Assembly: GCA_002269645.1 (NCBI GenBank)
Contig: NIVC01000109.1
Location: 62,001 to 126,000 of the forward strand
Origin: Macrostomum lignano
Taxonomy: Eukaryota
Direction of reading: 5' to 3'
DNA: 64,000 nucleotides
Below, in pieces: positions 33,969-45,300 of the stretch. Under the pieces are notes generated by a model that was not told the origin of the DNA, did no database searches, and saw nothing but the letters and a program-made list of their open reading frames with translations. Every line of letters begins with the position of its first letter. Position 1 is the first letter of the stretch. Both the position numbers and the translations under genes were made by a program.

Positions 33969-35733
33969 GGGGGGGTTTCACAAACTCGAAATTTCACAAC
34001 GTCGAAAGCACCCTCTTTCATAAGGTCGAAATTTCACAAGGTCGAAATTTCATAACATCGAAAACTCGAAAAGCAGCCACTTTCATAAGGTCGAAATTTC
34101 ACAAGGTCGAAATTTCACAACATCGAAAACTCGAAAAGCAGCCACTTTCATAAGGTCGAAATTTCACAACATCGAAAACTCGAAAAGCAGCCACTTTCAC
34201 AAGGTCGAAATTTCATAAGGTCGAAATTCCACAACATCGAAAACTCGAAAAGCAGCCACTTTCATAAGGTCGAAATTTCACAACATCGAAAACTTTAGCA
34301 AGAGACTTCATAAGGTCGAAATTTCACAAGGTCGAAATTTCACAAGGTCGAAATTTCACAACATCGAAAACTCGAAAAGCAGCCACTTTCATAAGGTCGA
34401 AATTTCACAAGGTCGAAATTTCACAACATCGAAAATTCGAAAAGCAGCCACTTTCATAAGGTCGAAATTTCACAACATCGAAAACTTTAGCAAGAGACTT
34501 CATAAGGTCGAAATTTCACAAGATCGAAATTTCACAACATCGAAAACTTTGACTTCATAAGGTCGAAATTTCACAAGGTCGAAAACTCAAATAGCAGCCA
34601 CTTTCATTAGATCGAAATTTTACAATGTAAAAACTGAGAATTTAGCAGCCTCAAGTATGAAAAGATCAAAATTTTACTATGTAGAAAACTAAAGTCTTTA
34701 TTGTGTCAATGTTTATATTATTATTTTTTGTTTTAATAGCTTTGGTTCAGAGAAGTTTTTAATCATCTCTTCTTTAAGTAGTTCAACGTCAAGGAGTGCT
34801 GAGTGCTCTGCTAAGTGTCTTATCACTACTGGGACGATGGGTTAGTTTACATAAGCTGTAAGTTTAGCTATATAGTTGGCAAGCATTTTGGAATTAGAGC
34901 AGTAAAAAGCACCTAAAATTTGGTATCAGAAGTAGGATAATTTAGGGGAAAAGAGAAAAACTTTGAAAAGAGAAAAAAGCCCTATAACTTTGGCAATGAC
35001 TGGTTAGGATAAATTAGACTAAGTGACAAACAGAAAAACACCTACAACATATATAGGCCTACTAAACAACAATAGAATATAGAAAAGCCTCGAAGGCTTA
35101 CAATTATTAAGTCTTCTGCTAGAGTTTTCGATGTTGTGAAATTTCGACCTTGTGAAATTTCGACCTTATGAAAGTGGCTGCTTTTCGAATTTTCGATGTT
35201 GTGAAATTTCGACCTTGTGAAATTTCGACCTTATGAAAGTGGCTGCTTTTCGAGTTTTCGATGTTGTGAAATTTCGACCTTGTGAAATTTCGACCTTGTG
35301 AAATTTCGACCTTATGAAGTCTCTTGCTAAAGTTTTCGATGTTGTGAAATTTCGACCTTGTGAAATTTCGATCTTATGAAAGTGGCTGCTTTTCGAGTTT
35401 TCGATGTTGTGAAATTTCGACCTTGTGAAATTTCGACCTTATGAAAGTGGCTGCTTTTCGAGTTTTCGATGTTGTGAAATTTCGACCTTGTGAAATTTCG
35501 ACCATATGAAGTCTCTTGCTAAAGTTTTCGATGTTGTGAAATTTCGACCTTGTGAAATTTCGATCTTATGAAAGTGGCTGCTTTTCGAGTTTTCGATGTT
35601 GTGAAATTTCGACTTTGTGAAATTTCGACCTTATGAAGTCTTCTGCTAGAGTTTTCGATGTTGTGAAATTTCGACCTTGTGCAATAATTTGCTTTTCGAC
35701 GTTGTGAAATTTCGACCTTGTGAAAGCACCCCC
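33969..35733. mobile_element. Foldback-type non-autonomous DNA transposon with long, internally repetitive inverted arms
   Basis: The left arm (~33969-34680) and right arm (~35115-35733) are inverted arrays of 16-bp AAGGTCGAAATTTCAC and ~30-33-bp subunits. Termini are GGGG..TTTCACAA, the spacer is AT-rich, and no TSD is visible. Confidence 0.85.
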
Positions 35734-37070
35734 TTTCGGGCAGGCAGGTCCACGGAGAGCGCGCTTCATGTCTTGGTCGACGTGCTGGAGAAAGCCGTTC
35801 TTGGCAATGGCTACGCTCTCGCTGTCTTCCTCGACATTGATGGAGCCTTCGATAATGTCCTCTTTGAGGCTTTCGACAGAGCTCTACGTGCTAGAGGAAC
35901 CCACTCGCACCTCACCCGGTGGATCATGTATATGATCAGCCACCGTACTGCCACCGCACACCTGCTGGGCCACCAACGGACGGTAACCGTCTGCAAAGGC
36001 AGCCCCCAGGGCGGTGTCCTCTCTCCAGTCCTCTGGAACATGGTCATCGATGAGCTCCTCCAAGACAGCCATCTTGACCCCATTCTTAAGGTCACAGCCG
36101 TGGCATCCGGTCCGTCACCTGAAACCCTTAGGGACCTTCTGCAAAACTTTATTCGCTCTGCTGAACAATGGGCGGACAGGTGCGGCCTCAGGCTCTCTGA
36201 GACCAAAACTGTCGCGATCATGTTCACCAGCAGGGTTAACTGGCGTATTCGCCCACTAAAGCTTTACGGGGTGGAAATCCCATCCTGCAAGCAAACCAAG
36301 TGTCTCGGCGTTACGCTGGACCACCGGCTGAGCTGGTCCACCCACGTCCAGGCCAAAACCAAAAAAGCCCTCGCGATTCTTGCGCAGCTGCGCAGAGCCG
36401 TTGGCACCACCTGGGGCCTCACCCCGAAACGGCTCTGGTGGATCTATACCGCAATGGTCCGACCGGCCGTCACTTACGCCGGCCTGGTCTGGACCAGCGC
36501 CTTGCAGATTAAAACCTGCCACGAAGCCCTCAAAAAGGTGCAGGGACGCGCGTGCCGCATGATCCTGAATGCCCCGCTCTCTGCTCCCTTTGACGGCCTC
36601 AACGCCTTTCTTTGCCTCCCGCCTCTGGACATCTTTGTCCGTCGCGAGGCTGCTAAAACCACCCGCCGGCTCATCGAGGCTGGCGTTAGCTTCAAGCCAC
36701 AAAGAGCGATGGCGAAGCGCAAGCTCCTGCCGCACTCTGACCTGAGCCTTAAAGTTCTGGAGGAGAGTGGGAATGCGGCTGTCCTTTCGGACGCTGAGCC
36801 GCGCGCCCTCAATCTCTACCAACGCTTCAAGGTCACTATCCCCTCTAGGGAGAACGCCAACGACAGCTGGGCCCCTCAGGAGGTTCACTGCTTTACTAAC
36901 GGATCCTCCAAAGACGGTTTATCCGGCTTTGGAGTCTGTATCCTTATCAACGGCCGCGTGATCGCTACTCACGCTCAACACACTGGCAGACTCTCCAGCG
37001 TCTTCCAAAACGAAGTCCTTGCCATCAGCTCCTGTGCAGCTGAGCTCCACTGCAGGGACTTCAGGGAGTT
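35734..37070 (+). pseudogene. LINE ORF2 3' part (RT core and RNase H start), catalytically dead
   Basis: FRAGRSTESALH...PQGGVLSP is present. The expected YADD is absent (ILKVTAVASG), and the RNase H reads FTNGSS instead of FTDGS. Confidence 0.88.
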
Positions 37071-37074
37071 CACT

Positions 37075-38395
37075 GCAGGGAGTTCCGGTCCAGAGCTTCC
37101 CAGTTTGCGAAGTTCTGGGCAGAATCCACTGTGATGTAGTAGGACCAATCGCACAGAAGAGCAAGAGCGGCAACCGCTACATCCTGACCTTGTGCGATGC
37201 GACGTCGAAGTATCCATTCGCCTACCCGATGAGAAACCAGAAAGCCAAAACAGTCATCAAGCTTCTGCAGGAGCGCTTCATCCCCGAGTTTGGTGTACCA
37301 TGCTGGATCCACACCGACCAAGGCACCAACTTCACCGGCTCGGCCTTCAAGAAGTTCTGCGACCTGTTTGGCATTCGGCATACGAAAACAACACCGTACA
37401 ATCCAGCTTCCAACGGACAAGTCGAGAACCTCAACAAACAGCTGAAGAGTGTCCTCACCTGTCTGCTCGAGCGCAACCACAACAACTGGGACACCTTCCT
37501 CCCGGCCTGTCTGATGGCTCTCCGCTCCAGCGTGCACCCGGTGACCGGCTTCACGCCTCACTACCTGGTGTTCGGCCGTGATTTCCGACTCCCGATCGAC
37601 AACGCGCTGAGGAAGCTGCCCGAGTACGCCGACCTGCCCGACTACGTCAAGGACTTCCAACGTCACCTGGACGAGGCGACTGAGCTAGCCAAGGAGCGCC
37701 TGCATCTGCACCAGCAACTGCGAGACGAGCACTATTCGAACCTGCCCGCCGCCAAGAAGCTTCAACCCGGTGATCTGGTCTTCCTCAACAATCCGGCGCT
37801 CGAACCGGACGAGGCGGCGAAGTTCCATCGACCTCGCAAAGCATTGTACGAAGTCGTCGAGCCCAAGGGCGAGGTCGTCTACAAGATTCGACGGAGACTG
37901 CCCAACCCGAGAGCTAGACGAGACGAACTAGTCGTCCATCGCCGGAACCTTCTGCTCGTGCCTGACGCTGACTACACGAGAACTTCGGACCCTGAAGTCG
38001 ACAAACCGAAGAAACGCCGGCGGCCGCCCGACGTCCCCGACGGCGCAGGACCCGCGACCCTGACGCCAATCCCGAGGACGACCAGGACGACCCCGACGAT
38101 GACGATGATGACGGCTACGACGCAAGGCCGGCCTTCCGATGGCACTTCCGGCCTGTGGCGATCCCGGAGGTGCAGCCAGGAGGTGGACCGGTCACGACAC
38201 CAGCGAACCAGGCAAGTGCACTTCGGCGTGAGCCAGTGCCGTATGGTGAATGTCATCTGCATAAGCCTGTTCTTGATGCGTCTATGCCTGCTGTTTCTTT
38301 TCCGCCCGTTTCTGCTCCCGCTCCCAGTGCTGCTTTTTCTGTGGTCCAGACCCCTGGGCCGTCGTTATGCACCACTCCGGTGGAAGCGTCATTAG
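37075..38395 (+). pseudogene. int: Gypsy integrase core and C-terminal region (partial pol)
   Basis: rve D-D-E motifs in ORF 37019-38395. The N-terminal HHCC region and all upstream pol domains are missing. Confidence 0.9.
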
Positions 38396-39060
38396 GGTCT
38401 GTAGATGTCGGTAGGCCGGCTAGGAATCGTAGGCAGCCTGAGAGGCTAATCATTAATCCTAGGGCCAAGACGTATGTTAGTCGCACTGCCCGCATCTGCG
38501 TGCACCGATCAATCCAACGCAGCGATTAACTCTGACTCTGTGGACTTGGTGCTGACAGGCACCCTCTGATTTTTCCCTGCTCTACTTTATGTGGCGCCTC
38601 AATAGCGGGCCAGCGCCCCCGCAATGCGTACTCGTTTATCTTCCCGTGAGCTGTTGCTCTGATGCAGTTCTGCATCCCCCTTCTCCCCAGTGACGGGCTC
38701 TGCCGGCTGTCTATGGTATCCCGTATATTTAGGCACCCATTTTCCGGGCCGGCGCCCCCAAACCGCTGTTGGACTGAGGTCCTGATTCTGCGTACGCCCG
38801 AGGGACTTGCCAGCCCCTCCGATTTTATGATTTTCTAGGGCTCTGCCTTGGCGTGGGCAACCCACCGGTGCTATTGGTGCTTCGCCATTTTGGGTCACAA
38901 TCCTGACCTTGGCCCAGCCGTGTAATAATTTGCATGCCTTGTGACACTGCCATCCTTTTGCCAGGCATTTGTAATCATTTTATTTAGTAAAATCACTATT
39001 TTGTTTATTAAATAAAGCGCGCTTCGCTTTCACTCCGCCTCTTCATTTGAACGGGGAGAG

Positions 39061-39917
39061 TGTAGTCATCCGCTAGTTGATGTTAGGCGTCCCACTTTGT
39101 CAGCAGTCTCTCTCGCCCTCGCCCTGGGTTGCTGTCTGCCAGACTCTGCACATGACAGTCACATGACAGACTCTGCGTTCTTCGAGTCCTAAAGTGCAGT
39201 AAACATGTTTACTGCACTCGTTGGCCCTGTTTACCGGGAGAATCACGTGCTTTCGGACCCCTCCCTTCTCTAAGGAGAGGAGTGACTCATGTTGCTAAAA
39301 ATAGCAACTGAGTCACAGCCGCGTGTACTCTGGCCGGAGACCTCAAGTGACGTCAGTTCTAAAAATAGAACGAGTCACGAGGTCTTGCGCGCACTGAGAC
39401 CCTGCCTCGAGATCTCAAGTGACGTCAGTTCTAAAAATAGAACAAGTCACGAGGTCTTGTGCGTGGGCGTTTCCCGGCTATAAATAGGACCCCTCTCCCC
39501 TTGTTTCCGTCAAGGAATTGGCTTCTTATCTGCGGAGAATTCACTAAGATCCCGAGTGCGTCAGTGTCTAACTAAGTGCCCTTTGCGTACTGAATCCGTT
39601 TGTACTGGTCTGACTGAGACCCCACTAAAGCCCAAGCCTAAGGGAGGCTAACACTGCCTTCCCAGCCACCCCTGAGCCCGGCGGGGATCTGCTGATCAGG
39701 ACGCCTTGTTCATTAATCTACAAATCTGCACGCTGTGCTGTGTTCGTTGACTTGTTTATTTCGTTCCGACGGGAAGCTCACCTCATCGAAGGCCGAGACC
39801 TGAAGGAACTGGTGGCAGCACTACCTACGCTACTGAGAGAGTTAAGAAGGCTTCCGAGTGAGAGGACGGAGAGCCCAAATCACTGTGCTAGACAGCAGGA
39901 GAAGCACAGGTACAACA
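39061..39917 (+). repeat. 3' LTR (857 bp) with duplicated enhancer block
   Basis: TG...CA ends, TATAAATA at ~39479, and a ~50-bp direct repeat containing TGACGTCA at 39348 and 39420. Confidence 0.85.
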
Positions 39918-41428
39918 CTAGTCATCTTTGGTAAACGAGGGTGGGAATCCAGGGGCCCCCGCGGATCAGCCCAAGTAGGGCTCTGCCGCTGGATCTGACT
40001 GTGGGCCATACTACCAGGGGCATATAGCCCGAGAGGCCACGCTTGGGACCAGGGCTCAAGGCCTGGAAACTAATTGGGGGTACTAGCTCAAGCCCATGGA
40101 CTAAGACACCGCCAACCCACTGTGGAATTAGGGACGGTGCTAGGACCGAGTCCACCCAAGCCACCCCCCCCCCAACGACAAACCCCGAGTGTGCGCGCGA
40201 AAAAGATTTGGAGAAAATTTGGAAAAGCGGTCCGAGAGTGGGGAAACCCCAAAGTCTACGGAAATAGAGCTTTAGATTGGAGAGTCTGGGCAGCTTATTT
40301 ACCAAGGGCGAGACTCCTATCAGGAGTAGATATTGCAAGACTTCTTATAGGGCTGCGAGCCTCAAGGCTTTTTCACTACCCAGCTCTAAACAATATTGGA
40401 GTATGCTTAAGCGGTTCGAGAGAGGTATTTTCCTAGTCTACGGAAAAGGCTTATCTATTGGAGCGAGTCTGGAAGCTCTCCTGTAAGGCAGGAAGACCGT
40501 CTACCTACAGGGCTGCGAGCCTCGAGGCTTTTTCGCTATTCAGCTCAATAAGGGCCAGGCCAAGGGGTTGGAGAGGGGCACAAGGAGCAAGAGGAACCCG
40601 GACTCAGCCGGTATTCCCCGATTTGGGACGGTGCTAGCCATTACGGAAATCAAGAACCAATCAACAAAATCATGCAGGATTCAATTTTAACCCATTTGGA
40701 GAAAACTCACACTCTCCGATGCAGAAAAAAGTGCATGTGATGCAAAGCATCAGCTTAAGGTGGAAATTCATTCTGAATTTCCGTTTTTGATCCTTTTTGA
40801 TCTGCACTAAGCTTCTAGCAAGAAGTCAACATGCTTCGATGCCTTCCACAAATGAACTCTCTAAAATATTTGTACTGACAAATTTTCCGAATGCTTTATA
40901 TCAAAGACACAAACAAATTCATTTTGCTGAAACTTTAATAACCACCCCACCTAGTTTTACTCCATCCAATGAAAGCAGCTCACTTTACTACCATGGTATG
41001 TTACCATATACTATGATATGGTATGATACCATACTACTTGAAATTCTAGTAGCTACATAGAATTAAAAATGCATATTTGGATTTTCAAATATTTTCGGTT
41101 TGAAAGAAACTGTGGTTGAAATTGGTGGGGCTAAAGTAGGTTGAAAAAATATGGTATTTTACAGTTGAAGCCAGCAGCTCCTGCGCCATGGAACTGTGCA
41201 ATCAGGGTCCATCGGGCAGGAAGATCACCATGGAGACAGTCAAGCGGCAATTCACGCCCTTGAGCGCACCACCACCTGCTCGCGTACAGTCCTCGACTGT
41301 ACCGGTGTTTCTACTCAGTGAGAGAATTCAAGATGACCAAACGAGTTTGGATAACTGAAAAGTATTTGGCCAAAAAAGTTTGTCGTCTTATTTCAATCAG
41401 CCGAATAAAACAACACAGAATTTTTTAA

Positions 41429-41995
<567 letters not shown>

Positions 41996-42383
41996 AGCTG
42001 AGTCAAATCAAAGTAACCGAGTATTAACTCATATCTCATAGCAAATTCAACATAATTGAACATCGTTGCAAAAAGCAATTGGCCGAGTTTTACACATCCT
42101 TTTCAAGTTTAGCCTGTGAAATGTGAAGGCGTACAGTGCCGCGTACGCTCTCACATGTTCCGGGACAGGTAAACTTCAATCAAGCACGGTAATCATTAAT
42201 AAAATAATTAATAGCACGTACAACTATGTCTACCAAAATAAAGATTTACGTCGCAGCAACGTAAAGTGTATTGCCGTATTGTCAAAGAATTCATAAGTCC
42301 CATTTTTGAAGAAAGTTATTTAAGACTGAAGCGATTACAGCGTAGCAACAAATCAGAAACTGTGTACACAACGAGAAATCAGA

Positions 42384-45300
42384 ATGGATTTCTCTGTGAA
42401 CCTAGCAATTTTCTTCATCTGCACCTTGTGCTGCGTTGGATACTGTGAGTACTTATCAACATATGATTGCTTAACCTGAGACCAGATTCTGTTCTGGTTC
42501 TTAAATTTGGTATTAGCCAGCGCAACAGATATTTAAGGGCGAGTGGGGGATATGGAAGGGCGAGTGGGGGATATGGAAGGGCGAGTGGGGGATATGGAAG
42601 GGCGAGTCGGGGATATGGAAGAGCGAGTCGATTATATGGAAGGGCGAGTCGGGGATATGGAAGGGCGAGAGGATTATATGGAAGGGCGAGTCAGGGACAT
42701 GGAAGGGCGAGTCGGGGACATGGAAGGGCGAGTCGGGGACATGGAAGGGCGAGTCGGGGACATGGAAGGGCGAGTCGAGGATATAAAAGGGCGACTCGGG
42801 GATATGGAAGGGCGAGTCAGGGACATGGAAGGGCGAGTCGGGGACATGGAAGGGTACTCGGGGATATGGAAGGGCGAGTCGGGGGTATGGAAGGGCGAGT
42901 CGATTATATGGAAGGGCGAGTCGATTATAAGGAAGGGCGAGTCGATTATAAGGAAGGGCGAGTCGATTATAAGGAAGGGCGAGTCGATTATAAGGAAGGG
43001 CGAGTCGATTATAAGGAAGGGCGAGTCGATTATAAGGAAGGGCGAGTCAGGGGTATGGAGAGTAGTAGGGGAAATGTGGACTCTGCCGCAGGAATTTCCG
43101 TGGGAAAACCACGGGCCTATGTGTGTAAACATAGCGCCTATGTAAATGCATTGGTGGACTCTGCCGCAGGGAAAGCCACGGAATTTCCATGGGGGGGGGG
43201 TCGGAGAGCGAAATATACGGGCTTTTCATATGACCGATTCCAGGACCAGAATCGGTTCGAAGCTTTTCATATTGTCTGTTCCGTTTTCATAGTCGGTTCC
43301 AAAACCGCGATCCGATTCTGGAATTCGGTTCGAGAAATTTTCTCGATCTTTTATCGTATTTCTATAGAAACGAAAGGACGAATTTGAAATAACATTTCAA
43401 ACATTTCAAAAGAATACTAGTTTCTAGATTTTAAATGAAAATGTTTTTATCCTTTGAGAAGTAATTAAGCTAATTAGACAAAAAAAGAAAAATTTGACGC
43501 TTTTCATTTTCCTACTACTCGATCTTCAATGAAAAAAGCCGAATAGAGCTCTATGTAAATGGATTGGTGGACTCTGCCGCAGGGGAAAGCAGCACAAGTT
43601 CCTGGGAAGCCCAAAACTGACTCTAAAAATAGTAAAAAACTTCTCTAGTGTACATTAGCCATAGTTAATTGAGAATTGGGTGAACCTGGCTTCCGATCTC
43701 CACAATATTTAAACTTTGTTGGCAGTTGGAATACATAGGCCTATGTTCATGAGTTCCTCCGCACTTTTGTACGAGTCTCGCAAACTGGACTGAATTTGTT
43801 GTGAAAGTGAGCTTGCAAAGCGCCGTTTATTGCCTTGTTATTGTTTTTCTTGATACTGCTGATTTGGGCGCGGGGAAGTGGGGTGCAGGTCTGGGGTGGA
43901 GGTCTTTAAAACTAACTGATGCACGGGACGGGGGGAATGTTATCAGTTTTATTATTATTATTGCTCAATAACGGTAAGAAAATAATTAGTGCATACACAT
44001 ATGTAACGTGTAAACATATCTGTATGTGTACATATAGGCGATATTGCCTGGTGATTTGGATATAAGGACTGAAAAATTCTACTGAGCCATTAAAAATAGA
44101 TTTTGTTGAGATTTAAACGGACTTCGAAATTTCAAATTTTCACAAAAAACCCTTGATTAAATTTTAAACCATGAGCCATTCTCGGTGCCCATCCTACGTT
44201 CATGAGGTGTGTGTCACCTGCAATATTAGTATGCTCGGTGGACTAAAGCACCATGTAGCGAATGAAGGCTGCAGTGTCACCCGATGGCTACTATGCCATG
44301 AATGCCAGTCCGTTGAGCTCTTCACCGTTAGAGGCCAAATCAAAAGGCATAAAAATCATTCGACTGTTAATTGGAGCTCTGCTGAAGACCGCGAGCAGGC
44401 ACGCATTACTGCTCTGGAAGTTGCACGTCAAGAGGAACGCAACAGGGCGGCAGAACGCATTCGAGACCCGGTGAGCACTTTGAGTCAAGTTATCACGAGC
44501 TTATGCGGCCGAGTAACGAACACTGGTGACCAGCCCAACGCCCAGCCTGCTGCTGCTTCTGCTGCTCTACTTGATGATGATGTCGGAGCTCCCCTGCTTG
44601 ATGCTGCTGATGGAGGTGGCACCCCTGACTTCGAGCTGAATGAGCTGGACACCGCTTTCTTCGAGAACCTCGATGGTGAGCCTGAAGCACAGGAGCAGCA
44701 AGAAATGCAACAGCAGCAGCATGCTAGTGTCACTGAGTCCACTGAGTGTCCACTGAGATCTGGCTACAGTGGATCCCGAGTCATATCGGTATCCAAGGAA
44801 ACGAAGAGGCTGACCAGGAGGCAAAGGCGGCTGGAGGGATGTGCCAGGATCACACGGCCATGGACTGGAGTTGCGTCAAGAGGCAGATCCTCAAGAGAGG
44901 TGCCAGCTCGTCCTGTGAAGACAAGAGATTGGAGGCCGTGTTTGGAGAAAAGAGGGTGCTGTGCTCGGTGAACCGTAAAACGGAGGTGTTGATGGCTCAA
45001 CTGCGTTGTGGGCACTGCAAGCATACCAGCTATTGGAGGCAGAAGGTGGGCCTGGACCCGGCCGGAAACTGCTCTTTTTGCGACGAAGAAGAATCGAAAG
45101 ACCACTGGATGACGTGTAGTAGATGGGACTCTATCAGGATTCGGTGTGGAGTGGAAGGAATAAGATCGCTTCAAGACGAGCCCAAGGTTTTAAAATTCCT
45201 TCAGCTGGCCCACCCTCGGTGGCTCAGCTGAATGGTTTTCTCGCCGAAGACACACACACAGCAGCAGCAGCGGCGTGCAATCCCTGTTCCCGAAAAAAAT

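Larger units (their letters stand above)
30431..37070 (+). mobile_element. Non-LTR retrotransposon (LINE with APE-RT-RNase H; LOA/Lian/I-group-like), disrupted and 3'-truncated
   Basis: ORF1 at 30921-32306. ORF2 has APE motifs (LQVNLQH, LIQEPW, GDINAHH, SDH), RT motifs (KSPGPDG, FLDIDGAFD, PQGGVLSP) and an RNase H start. Homology of paralog C to E/G stops at 30430. Confidence 0.92.
37075..39917 (+). mobile_element. 5'-truncated Ty3/gypsy element (integrase, 3' region, PPT, 3' LTR)
   Basis: Integrase core HCDVVGP...HTDQGTNF...NGQVENLN; PPT ACGGGGAGAG at 39051-39060; LTR TGTAG...TACAACA at 39061-39917. Confidence 0.9.

Noticed and set aside
33969-35733. CRISPR-like repeat/spacer appearance (also 12505-12785)
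   Set aside because: The putative spacers are themselves repeated, the arms are inverted, no cas genes are present and the context is eukaryotic.
42467-43387. RGG-like or coiled-coil-like repeat ORFs (also 49946-50632 and 61573-62521)
   Set aside because: They arise from the 21-bp intronic minisatellite. The read-through into exon 2 at 62271 is coincidental; the real acceptor is GCAG|GCGTT.
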